DNA of 64,000 nucleotides from Octopus sinensis. Its lineage: Eukaryota. The stretch is from the NCBI RefSeq assembly GCF_006345805.1, contig NC_043006.1, positions 66,650,001 to 66,714,000 on the forward strand, read 5' to 3'. Shown piece after piece: positions 53,431 through 64,000 of the stretch; position 1 is the first letter of the stretch, and every line of letters starts with the position of its first letter. The translations under genes and the position numbers were made by a program. The notes below the pieces were generated by a model. The model searched no databases. It saw nothing but the letters and a program-made list of their open reading frames with translations, and was not told where the DNA came from.

Positions 53431-53485
53431 AATTTTTTTTGATAAGGTTCATCATTTCAAGAACCGAAACATGTTAAATAAATAA
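53431..53485 (+). ncRNA. Minimal type I hammerhead ribozyme candidate in the Penelope pLTR
   Basis: TTGATAA-GGTTC-(10 nt)-GAACC-GAAAC-AT-GT-T, with palindromic stem III (ACATGT). The pLTR position is as expected for Penelope hammerheads. Confidence 0.65.
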
Positions 53486-53938
53486 TGTATATATAAAAAT
53501 TAAAAATTTGTCTAATATAGCAGCATTTTCGAACTTCATTTTTTACAAATATATATATATATACATAAATACACACACTCACACACACATATATATATTA
53601 AACAAATGATGGATAGGTGTCAATTCCTAGTTCAATTGACACGTATCCATCGTTTGTTATTTATTTGTTCATGATTCACCTCTCTCGGAACCCGTTCTTC
53701 GCTTATTCCAAAGTATATTACGTACCGTATATTTAATACAATGTGAGTTTCTGAATTAGGCTATGGGCTACTATGATACTTAGACGGGTTCGGTCAATTG
53801 CATACATGACCTGGACATCTTTCTGTCTGTATTTCGGTACCAATGTTTGTAATTGTCTATAGTTGCTGTGTATGTATTTTAATTTTGACATAACCCGATG
53901 CCTTACAATTTAAGTGCCTGAGATTAACCTGAAACCAC

Positions 53939-53989
<51 letters not shown>

Positions 53990-54151
53990 ATTATAATTTA
54001 GGGTATCTAAGAGATAATACCACGCTGGAAATAGCAGTCAAAACTTGACTCTAAAACCACATTAAATGTTCACATTTAATATGGTTTTAGAGTCAAATTT
54101 TGACTGCTATTTCCAGTCAGGTAGTATCACTTAGATACCCTAAATTATAAT
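53990..54151. repeat. Near-perfect palindrome, 80-bp arms
   Basis: 53990-54069 is the reverse complement of 54072-54151 with a few mismatches. Confidence 0.92.
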
Positions 54152-54249
54152 TTTAACTAATTATTACCTTTGAAGGTTTTTATTCCCATGCTGGCCACCT
54201 GATAAGATTGGAATTTAAATATCGACCTTATCCTTATTTATTTATATAT

Positions 54250-54288
<39 letters not shown>

Positions 54289-54342
54289 TTGTTTCAAGTC
54301 AGAGCTGCGGCCATGCTGATGCACCGCCGTTTTATATATTGT

Positions 54343-54388
<46 letters not shown>

Positions 54389-54439
54389 TACAGACTGATA
54401 GATAGATATACAGACTGATTGATAGATAGATAGACAGAC

Positions 54440-54528
<89 letters not shown>

Positions 54529-54581
54529 TACAGACTGATAGATAGCTATACAGACTGATTGATAGATAGATAGACAGACAT

Positions 54582-54630
<49 letters not shown>

Positions 54631-54643
54631 CAGATAGATAGAC

Positions 54644-54712
<69 letters not shown>

Positions 54713-54720
54713 TAGATATA
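54343..54720. repeat. (GATA)n array with a duplicated TACAGACT interruption block
   Basis: Directly visible. Confidence 0.95.
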
Positions 54721-55468
54721 TACGCAGTCTGACCTATAATCATCCGGACTGTTGCCGTGCATACGTACTAAATTTTAACGTTCTAGCTCACTTCTGCCGT
54801 TTACAGCAGTACGTGAAAAGAAGGTGTATAGCGTGTGATTGTCGCATTGAGCATGACAAAGAAAGTTGTCATGGCGATACCTACTCAGAGGCCTGCGCAA
54901 AGTTGCAGAAAGTGTATGGACTGGAGTGTATGAGCCACTCATAACTGTACGAGTGGTTCAGACGTTTTCAAGATGGCCGAATTATTGTCGATATTGTCGA
55001 TCGTTCTGGGAGACCTTCAGCCAGCAGAACTTAGGAAAACTTCGCAGATGTGCATGCAGCTGTGAGGGAAAATCATTGAATGACCATCCATGAGTTATCA
55101 GAGAATTTGTAGATTAGATACAGTTCGATTCAGTTCAGTCCATTATCAGTCAAGTTTTGGGTATGAGACGCGTGTCTGCCGAGTTTGTACCAAAACTGCT
55201 TTCAGTTGACCAAAAAGACACACCGGTTTCAATTGCACAAGATCTTGATTGTGTCGAGATCGATGAAAACAATCACACGATGCGACGATCACACGCTACT
55301 CACCTTCCTTCCAAGCACTGCTGTAAAGAGCAGAAGTGAGCCAGAATATTAGAACTTGGTGCGCATGCACAGCAGAGTTCAAGATCAGCCTGTGTCAAGC
55401 GGGTTTACTCTCCGTACCTTAGCTTCGTTACTATAGTAACAGTCCAGATGCTTATTGATCAGACCACA
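54721..55468 (+). mobile_element. Mariner-derived non-autonomous element with long inverted ends and transposase N-terminal remnant
   Basis: TIR GTCTGACCTATAATCATCCGGACTGTT / AACAGTCCAGATGCTTATTGATCAGAC. It encodes YEWFRRFQDG and LGMRRVSAEFVPKLLS. Confidence 0.85.
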
Positions 55469-55480
55469 CACACACACAGA

Positions 55481-55512
<32 letters not shown>

Positions 55513-55722
55513 TACACACATGCACACACACATGTATATATATAAAGAAAACAACGTTCTTCTTTAAGTTTCCGTCTATGAAATTCACTCACAAGTCTTT
55601 GGTCAGCCCGGATTTATAGCAGAAGACACTGTCCTGAAGTGCCGCGCAAACGGACTAAACCAAAGAGCACATGTTTTGGGAGCAACTTCTTAACCATACA
55701 GCATCTCTCTTTCCTTCTCTAC

Positions 55723-55765
<43 letters not shown>

Positions 55766-56237
55766 CATTCTGTAACACACATGCATACACACACGTCCTC
55801 ATTCATACCGCTGTCTAATAGGAGAAAATGATAATAAATAACAATACGCACACATAAGATTTTGACTTCTGATTCACACTTCATCACCATCACTATAATC
55901 ATCATCATCATCATCATCACTTTATTCCTTGTTTTCTTGTTTTTCCATTCTCCTTCGCATCATTTTCCCCTTGCTCATTTTTATTCGACTTAAGTCTCGT
56001 CTCTTTCTTTTTGTCACGTCCGTGTCTCGAGGCTTTTATATTTTACAGATGCTTATTTCTGCTGTTTTCATATCTTTATCGGTAGAACTCTTTCTCAACC
56101 GCCGTAATATTTTAAATATTTAGATATTAACTTTTTTCAATTCAAACTATTTGAATATCAGTATATATAGACCTCTTCTTTTTGATACATTATATAACAC
56201 CTTGCAAACTTGTACGCTATATATATATAATATATAT

Positions 56238-56306
<69 letters not shown>

Positions 56307-56867
56307 TACCATAATAAGAAATTTAATAATTAGTTTGAAGTCCATAGGTTTAGTCAAAAGAATGCAATTATCGAAGTCTAGACAGTCTAACAAATGTTTA
56401 TAAATTCCATTTTTAATATATATATATAATTAAAATAATGATGGTAGAAATTGATATCAATCAATTAACATCAATTTACACCAGTGCTCTAGCATATTCA
56501 AACAGAATCTGAAAATTTAAAAATGATATTACAATTAATAAGAGGAATGACCACTAAAGTGGATTCCTCTACGCTAGAGATAAACGTGAAATCGCCTGAC
56601 CGCCAAGAGTGTGTTTTCAAGAAAAAAAAGCAGCAAACGTCAAAATGTAAAAAATAAGCAAGGCAAATGAAAATTTACAAAATATAATGATTTGTAATAT
56701 ATATATATATTAGAAGAAATGAGGTATTCAGAAGATCGGATGGTTTATATTTATAGAATTTTTTTTATATATTACATTTTATATACATATCATATCACTT
56801 AGATCATTAGCGCTTTCTCCCATTCTAGTGGGGTTTCAAATCAAACTGAGTTGATTATATATATAAT

Positions 56868-56911
<44 letters not shown>

Positions 56912-57061
56912 ATGTATGTATGTATGTATAATATTCTATAATTATATACATAATTATAATGAGGGGTCAGCTAATTGCCTCGCCACATACTGAATTAGAA
57001 ATAGACGCTAATGTCTTTTCAACTAACATAAAAACTCCGAAAAATATAAATCAAACTAAGT

Positions 57062-57097
<36 letters not shown>

Positions 57098-57114
57098 CAT
57101 ATATATAGGCACAC

Positions 57115-57145
<31 letters not shown>

Positions 57146-57755
57146 GGAGGGTGTATATGTGTGTATGTATGTGAGTGAGTTTTTGTTTTGTGTGTGTGTG
57201 TATACCTTTGTGTATGTGTGCGTGTAAGCTTTATACATAGAACGCTTTCTAATCGATATATGCTAATGCATGCACTAACTGAACTTAATACTAGTTTGAC
57301 ACTACTAACACAGTAAATTTAGTACGCGGCTGAGTATACAGACACACATACAGACACACATACAGACACACACACATACATACATACTTACATACGTATA
57401 TATGTACGTCGCTCTTTCTCTCTCTCACTCACTACATGCATATTTTTCGCTTCTTTTCTCTTTTACTTGTTTCATTCATTCGACTGTGGCCATGCTGGAG
57501 CACCGCTTGTAGTTGAACAGTTTGTAAGCCTAGTATTTATTCTATTCGTCTCTGTCACCGAGCCGTAATGCTACGGGGACCACCGTCAGTCGAATTGCTT
57601 CATTTCCCTTTTGCCTGCATTGAAAAGTTTGTTATTTTTTCGGAATTTTTATGTTAGTTGAAAAGACATTAGCGTCTATTTCTAATTCAGTATGTGGCGA
57701 GGCAATAAGCCGACCCCTCATAATAATTATGTATATAATTATAGAATATTATACA

Positions 57756-57801
<46 letters not shown>

Positions 57802-57847
57802 CATGTATATATATATATATATATTATATATATATATATATATATAT

Positions 57848-57928
<81 letters not shown>

Positions 57929-57962
57929 TATATATATATATATATTATTATATATATAATAT

Positions 57963-57999
<37 letters not shown>

Positions 58000-58049
58000 C
58001 ATTTTCTATAGACTTATCAGTAAACGCATTTCCAAATTATCCTTTCTGT

Positions 58050-58357
58050 TATTGGCATAAGGACTGAAATTTCAGGAAAAGGGGTTTTTCGCTTACGTCA
58101 GAACATAAAGACCGTCGAAATACTTATTTCTTTACTACCCACAATGGGCTAAACACAGAGGGGACAAACAAGGACAGACAAACGGATTAAGTCAATTATA
58201 TCGACTCCAGTGCGCAACTGGTACTTATTTAATGGACGCCGAAAGGATGAAAGGCAAAGTCGACCTCGGACGAATTTGAACTCAGAACGTAGCGGCAGAC
58301 GAAATACCGCAAACATTTTTGTCCGGCGTGCTAACGATTCTGCCAGCTCAGCTCCTT
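58050..58357 (-). mobile_element. SINE family B, composite form
   Basis: Reverse complement matches 34211-34470, including the tail module and junction. Confidence 0.85.
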
Positions 58358-58928
58358 CATTTCTCTGAACTATAATTTTAATCCAGCATCAGCTAAATTG
58401 TACCGATTCCAGTATCTTGTCATATTTGTTGGTCGATGTTCAAAGAATATGAAGCTGAAAAAGGAATTTGGTTTTAATTTATTTATGTTGATTGCACCAA
58501 AGATAAACTTGCCTAATTTTCTTTCAACTAACGTATTTGATTGTTGTGCACAATGCTTTTAAAACAAATCCATTATGGGAAACTGTTACAGCACACGATA
58601 AGGACAATAACATGTAATGTGTTATATGTTTCCGATAGTTAATTCCTTTGCTGAGATCACTATTTGTGTTATCGTAGTTCATAGGATGAATAGGAACAAA
58701 TAAAAAAAATATTCATTTCCTATCTCTGTACATCTGTCATTGTGCATTTATGTAGGTTAATAATACTGAGATATGATGACGGAAAAGTGGTGCAGCGGTA
58801 AAATAATTTATATGTTTATATGAGTTCGAATCCAAACTAAATCTATCAATATGTTTTTTTTTTCAGTACCTACCGGGCGTGCAACTCAGCCTACTGTCAC
58901 GTAATAGTATGAAGTCTTCTTGTATATA

Positions 58929-58968
<40 letters not shown>

Positions 58969-58978
58969 ATATATATAT

Positions 58979-59026
<48 letters not shown>

Positions 59027-59037
59027 ATATATATATA

Positions 59038-59547
59038 TGGTGGCTGACCCTCGTTATCGAGTATGGCCATTGCACGAGGCTTAATCAATGTTGTTATCTT
59101 GCAATGCCTGTGCAAGAAGATTTTTTTTTAAAGTGAGGAAAGGCTGTGCACTAAGTCAATCCCACTCACTAAGCAACAACAGTCTTAATCCGAAAAGAAG
59201 AACATCATCGGTAACCACTGAGCCGCAGGTTTTATGTCGGAGTTATCCCAGTTACCTGAGTTATCTTCTCCTAGAAGGATGCCCTAACCGCGCGATCGGG
59301 TATTCAGTCCGATTATTTCTATGTCCCCGCGCATGATACAGCCTTAAGACATTTATTGGATGGCCGTTAACTCTCAAAAGTTCCTCCGCCCTTTGACGGG
59401 TTTTGTTTTTCATCCCGCAGGGTGTCCAATAAACACCCCCTCACCAAGCAAGCTTGGTGGGGTTGCCGGTTTAGTCGCCGACGATCCGACCATGCAACAG
59501 GTTGAACTGGGTTACATGTTACCAGTAGCACTCGAAAGTGACCTGAC
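59038..59547 (-). mobile_element. Putative non-autonomous RTE-derived retroposon (5' UTR-like plus 3' tail-like)
   Basis: GC-richer, non-coding 510-bp insert between (TA)n and (CA)n. Its ends resemble RTE/Bov-B-type UTRs from memory only; not verified by alignment. Confidence 0.45.
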
Positions 59548-59549
59548 AT

Positions 59550-59580
<31 letters not shown>

Positions 59581-59597
59581 CACACACACCACACACC

Positions 59598-59656
<59 letters not shown>

Positions 59657-59720
59657 TATGTATATATATATATATAGATATATATATATATATATATATC
59701 ATAGTATGTATGTATATATA

Positions 59721-60920
59721 CTAACGGTATAACCGGCTTTGCCCGGGAGTAAGTTAGATTATTAAGCTAATCAAGTTTTATTTCAAACTATACTGAGTAA
59801 TATCGACGTCAAATTTGGACGAAATCCATTGAAATTTGTTTATACATATTGCATATGATTTTTGCACGCATACATGTTCATAAACAGAAATGAATGGAAA
59901 AAAATGTTGCTAAATTTGTAGATCAACACTCGCACGATTTTCATTAAGATAAAAAAATCGTTTTTTTTTTTGCGTGGAATCAACTACTCTGGCCTCCTAA
60001 TATGCTACAAAACCCTTTTTGTTGTCCGTAAAACAGAGGGGCGTGTGGTGGAAGCCTCGGAAATCGTGCCCGTTTATATTGTGTACTTTACTGACAAAGT
60101 GTTACTACTTTGTTTCTTTGTTGTTAAATAAATGGATTCTCAAGAAAACACTTTTTTACTCGGTGTAAAATAAAAACAAAACTCTTTCGCACCCAAAGTA
60201 ATGTGTGCGAGAGAGAGAGAGAGAGGGGAGAAAGATGAACGATTTAAAATAAATATATTGCAATTGTTGTGTGAGAAAGTATATATAATCTGATTATAAA
60301 ATATTGTGTCTTTCAAAAACATCCTAAACTGAACACTATATCTCGTGTTTAAGAAAAAACAAAACATTTTACATTTTATTTTCTATGAACGTCGTCACTT
60401 ACTCTCTCTCTCCCTCTCTTTCTCTCTCACTTTGTCTTTCCCTTTTTTTTGTTTAGACGCTGTGAAACTCTCTGCCTCTCTTCCACTTTTCTTTACCTTT
60501 TTTTTTGTTAGACGCTGTTAAACTATCTCCCACTCTTCCTTACACATACTTTTTCTTTACTTTTTTTGTTAGACGTTGTGAAACACTGCCTCTCCCTCAC
60601 ACACATCAACACACAACTTCTCTCTCTCCCTCACGCACACACTTTCACTTGGCTCTGGTTAGAAGGGACTTAACTCATGTTATCAATCTTCAAAATTGGT
60701 AAAAGCTATGGCTGAAAATAGATGTTTACCGCTCTCCGCGGGTGCCTCGGGAAAAAATAAGTTGACAAAACCCAGGTAGGGTGTTGGCGAATGTCCTCCT
60801 AAAATTGGAGTGACATGCGTGCTAATTTGTGGACGTGCATAAATTACAATCACGTACACACACAAAGACACACACACACGCACACACACACACACATACA
60901 ACATGTCTTTTATAAATATA
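59721..60920 (-). mobile_element. Non-autonomous Helitron, about 1.2 kb
   Basis: Minus 3' end CCCGGGCAAAGCCGGTTATACCGTTAG|T and 5' end TATATTTATAAAAGACATGTTGTATGTGTG, similar to the other Helitrons. Three internal TTAGACG(C/T)TGT repeats. Confidence 0.6.
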
Positions 60921-60968
60921 TATATATATATACAGGGGTATATATATATATATGTGTATATATATATA

Positions 60969-61022
<54 letters not shown>

Positions 61023-61025
<3 letters not shown>

Positions 61026-61430
61026 CGTAGGTGGTTGTGTGGTAAGTAGCTTGCTTACGATCCACATGCTTCCGGGTTCAGTCCCACGCTTGGCACCTTC
61101 GGCAAGTGTCTTCTACTATGGCCTCGGGCCGACCAAAGCCTTGTGACTGGATTTAGTAGACGGAAACTGAGAGAAGCCCGTCGTATATATGTATATATGT
61201 GTGTGTGTGTGTGTATGTTTTTGTGTCTGTGTTTGTCCCCCCAACGTCGCTTGACAACCGCTGCTGGTATGTTTACGTCCCCGTAACTTAGCGGTTCGGC
61301 AAAAGAGACCGATAGAATAAGTACTAGGCTTACAAAGAATAAGTCCTGGGGTCGATTTGCTCGACTAAAGGTGGTGCTCCAGCATGGCCACAGTCAAATG
61401 ATTGAAACAAGCAAAAGAGAAATAAGAGAA
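61023..61430 (+). mobile_element. SINE family A, best-preserved full-length copy
   Basis: tRNA-like head, central domain, internal (TA)/(TG) microsatellite and LINE-like tail. It may correspond to a described octopus tRNA-SINE (OK/OR1/OR2); not verified. Confidence 0.92.
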
Positions 61431-61435
61431 TATAT

Positions 61436-61501
<66 letters not shown>

Positions 61502-61868
61502 TCAAAATTTCATTCACACCACAAGACCCCTTTGAATGAACAGCACATGGAATTTATATCGCCACACTATCCACTTGTAATAACAAAATATGAACTCCTC
61601 TCGGAATTTACATACCATGGACAAGAAGCTTCTTTACCCATTCTACACCGCGCTTACTTGGATAATGGAACTGCAACAGTAACATTCAACATATATTTTT
61701 ACTTGTATTTTTATTCTCTTATTTCCCTTTATACTTCCTTTATCCATCTTTTCCAGAATGACTCCTTATATTGAACGCTAATATTCTAGTTAACTCTCTC
61801 AAATCGTCTCTAATGAAGGGATATCCCTAATATCCCAGAAATAGCTGTAAGACTACCTTTCTCTTTAT
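61502..61868 (+). mobile_element. Penelope-like 3' relic with degenerate hammerhead (about 61809-61850)
   Basis: CTAATGAAGGGATAT...ATATCCCAGAAATAGCTGTA. The upstream peptide LVITKYELLSEF resembles the LNKRSEL C-terminus of some PLEs. Confidence 0.5.
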
Positions 61869-61871
61869 AAA

Positions 61872-62254
61872 TCTTTATATATAAAAGAGAAGTTGTGTGT
61901 CTGTCTCCTACGATTTAGATACCTAACTACTCCCACATTTGCGGTGCAGTTTAACCAAAACCGGTTATCTTATAGTCGTGATTCATATCGAGCCCTTCTG
62001 GATACGATGAGTCTACGATTTAAAAAAAAAATTTACCATCTTTTTTTCCATTTTAATGCATTTTTTTCGCTATTATATAAGGGAAGTAACTCTCTAAAAA
62101 TGTCTACGATGAGTCAACGATTAAAAAAAAATTTACCATCATTTGTTTTTCATTTTTAATGCATTTTTTTGCTATTTTTTGGCTATAACTCTCTAAAAAT
62201 GCTTATATAGTTATTTCCCTTACAAACCCGAGCAACGCCGGGCAATACTGCTAG
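61872..62254 (+). mobile_element. Non-autonomous Helitron
   Basis: A|TC start and CCCGAGCAACGCCGGG hairpin plus CTAG|T end, with an internal tandem duplication of about 100 bp. Confidence 0.82.
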
Positions 62255-62860
62255 TGTCCTATAAATTTCACACAGCCTTGGTTTTGTTTCTCATTTTATT
62301 TAACACACACACACAGACATACACACACACACATATATATATGTAAAGATGAATTAAATATAGAGATATTCTATTGACAACCCAATAATGTATTTATATT
62401 ACAATATTATATCAAATGTTATGAATATAATATATAACATAACATAATATTATAAAACATAAATAATTATTAAAACCATAAAAGGCCAACAAATTGTTTC
62501 GGCTTAGATATATATTTCCTGATATATATAATCACAGTTCTGTTATGTATAATATATAGTCACTACAGGCTCTTGACATTAGAAAAAGACGAAATTCTGC
62601 GTGAAAGGACAGCTGGATTGTATTGTAATATGATAAACTGAGGACTTATAAGTGACTAAGTTAAGACAACATAAGATCTGATTTCTTCATAAATTCTATC
62701 GTTTTTATTGAGTGTATGGTATTCGTTTGCTGAGCGAATGAGTATTATTGGACGGGTGAAAAATACAAGAGAATATTAGCCATAACGTATCAGAAATATT
62801 GTACATATAAGGAATCCTATGTGGAAATATCATTTAGCGACGAGTGATGGATGGTTTTTC

Positions 62861-62877
62861 TAATAATAATAATAATC

Positions 62878-62941
<64 letters not shown>

Positions 62942-62965
62942 GAAGAAGAAGAAGAAGAAGAAGAA
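62861..62965. repeat. (TAA)n followed by (GAA)n
   Basis: Directly visible. Confidence 0.95.
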
Positions 62966-63065
62966 TACCACGTAGATTGTGGTAAATAAGAAAATAGACG
63001 TGATACCAGTAATAAGCGGTGCACTTGGAATTTGCAAGATGAGAAGTGCTTCAACGATCGAGATT

Positions 63066-64000
63066 TTATAGAGAGTGTATACCTTCATCTCTTCTGACTA
63101 GAGACCATATATAATCTCCTATCATAGTAGCATCCCATTGTCCTTCGTATTTTCTTTCCATAGTTGCGATGTCCTGATGAAATTTCTCACCATGCTCCTC
63201 ACTGACATCACCCAAGTTTTCAGGGGAAAAATAGTGAGAGTGCAAGAAATGAACCTTTAAGGACATACGACAATCCATTTTTTAAAAGTTTTCAATGAGT
63301 TTTGCTACCAGCTGTTTGTAATTAGGATCCTTGTGATTTCCTAGGAATCCACGAACTAATCACGAAATGCACACCAAGCTTCTTTTTCAACTTTTGTCAT
63401 CGCTCTTTCTAGTTTCTTCAACTTTAACATTGCATTTACTTGGGGCCCAACAAATATGCCACCCTTGATCTTAGCCTCAGATAGCTGTGGAAACATAAGA
63501 AAAAATTCTTGGAAGCTTCTCCTCTAAAATCTAAAGCCTTCACAAACTGTTTTATCAACCCGAGTTTGATATGAAGTGGGGGTAATAAGATTTTGTTGGA
63601 ACCTACTAGAGGCTGTTTGAGAACATTTAACATTCCTGGCTGCAGTTCCACTTTGGGGGCCAATGTACTCTCTTGTAATGATCATCATCAGCTCTGCTGT
63701 CCCATAAGCAAAGGAACATGAATACTTTGTGTATCCCCCTTGCAAGCCAAGCAAGAAAACAAGCATCTTGAAATCACCACAAACATTCCACTTGAACTCA
63801 GCGTAATTATTTGCCGAGAAGTTCTTGACATTATCGTAATTTTTTCTTCTGTATATAGAGTGTGCAAGATGCAAAGAAGGATATTTATTTCCATTGTGGA
63901 GCAACACTGCTTTGAAGCTTCGTATTGAGCTATCTATGAACAGTCGCCATTCCGCAGAATCATGCTTGAGTCCAATAGCAATAGACAAACCAATCACATC
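63066..64000 (-). mobile_element. Chapaev3-like (CMC) DDE transposase relic, continuing beyond the window edge
   Basis: Reads WRLFIDSSIRSFKAVLLHNGN, VCGDFKM, LLGLQGGYTKYSC, ILLPPLHIKLGLIKQFVKAL and MSLKVHFLHSH...VSEEHGEKFHQDI; frameshifted. Superfamily assigned from recalled motifs. Confidence 0.8.

Larger units (their letters stand above)
49771..53550 (+). mobile_element. Penelope-like retroelement, near unit length: N-terminus, RT, thumb, GIY-YIG endonuclease and pLTR
   Basis: Reads IINLSNKELTPNEISILSKGLKFTPT, IKEADK, FYGIPKVHK, LRPIIAG, VSFDVVNLYSNIP, GTAMGT, WKRYLDDCF, SCHPRHT, CGRPNCGIC and NLIYVITCAGCNRQYI. It is flanked by (TA)n on both sides. Confidence 0.95.

Overview
This is AT-rich eukaryotic DNA saturated with microsatellites and transposon relics. 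Its SINE families and repeat landscape suggest an octopus or other coleoid cephalopod (inference). No host protein-coding gene can be called with confidence, and nearly all supplied ORFs are microsatellite translations or transposon fragments. Retrotransposons: a near-complete Penelope-like element (RT + GIY-YIG, 49.8-53.5 kb), a 5'-truncated CR1-group LINE (26.9-29.7 kb), several R4/Dong-like LINE relics and four tRNA-derived SINE families. DNA elements: seven mariner derivatives, a Tigger/pogo relic, a Chapaev3-like transposase, Helitron/Helentron non-autonomous elements and MITEs. There is also a 100-N assembly gap. The most interesting signals are RNA-level features of the retroelements: (1) a Penelope hammerhead with a compensated U3:A8 core; (2) an in-phase U-UUU-UUA slippery site joining a short upstream ORF to the Penelope RT frame; (3) a short hammerhead-bearing family with a conserved anti-stem-II motif; (4) a SINE tail sharing a covarying hairpin with the CR1 LINE 3' end; (5) non-autonomous retroposons that each seem to occupy a different microsatellite; (6) an HDV-like ribozyme candidate; (7) several long fold-back structures. 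All coordinates and alignments were read by eye, so boundaries are approximate.
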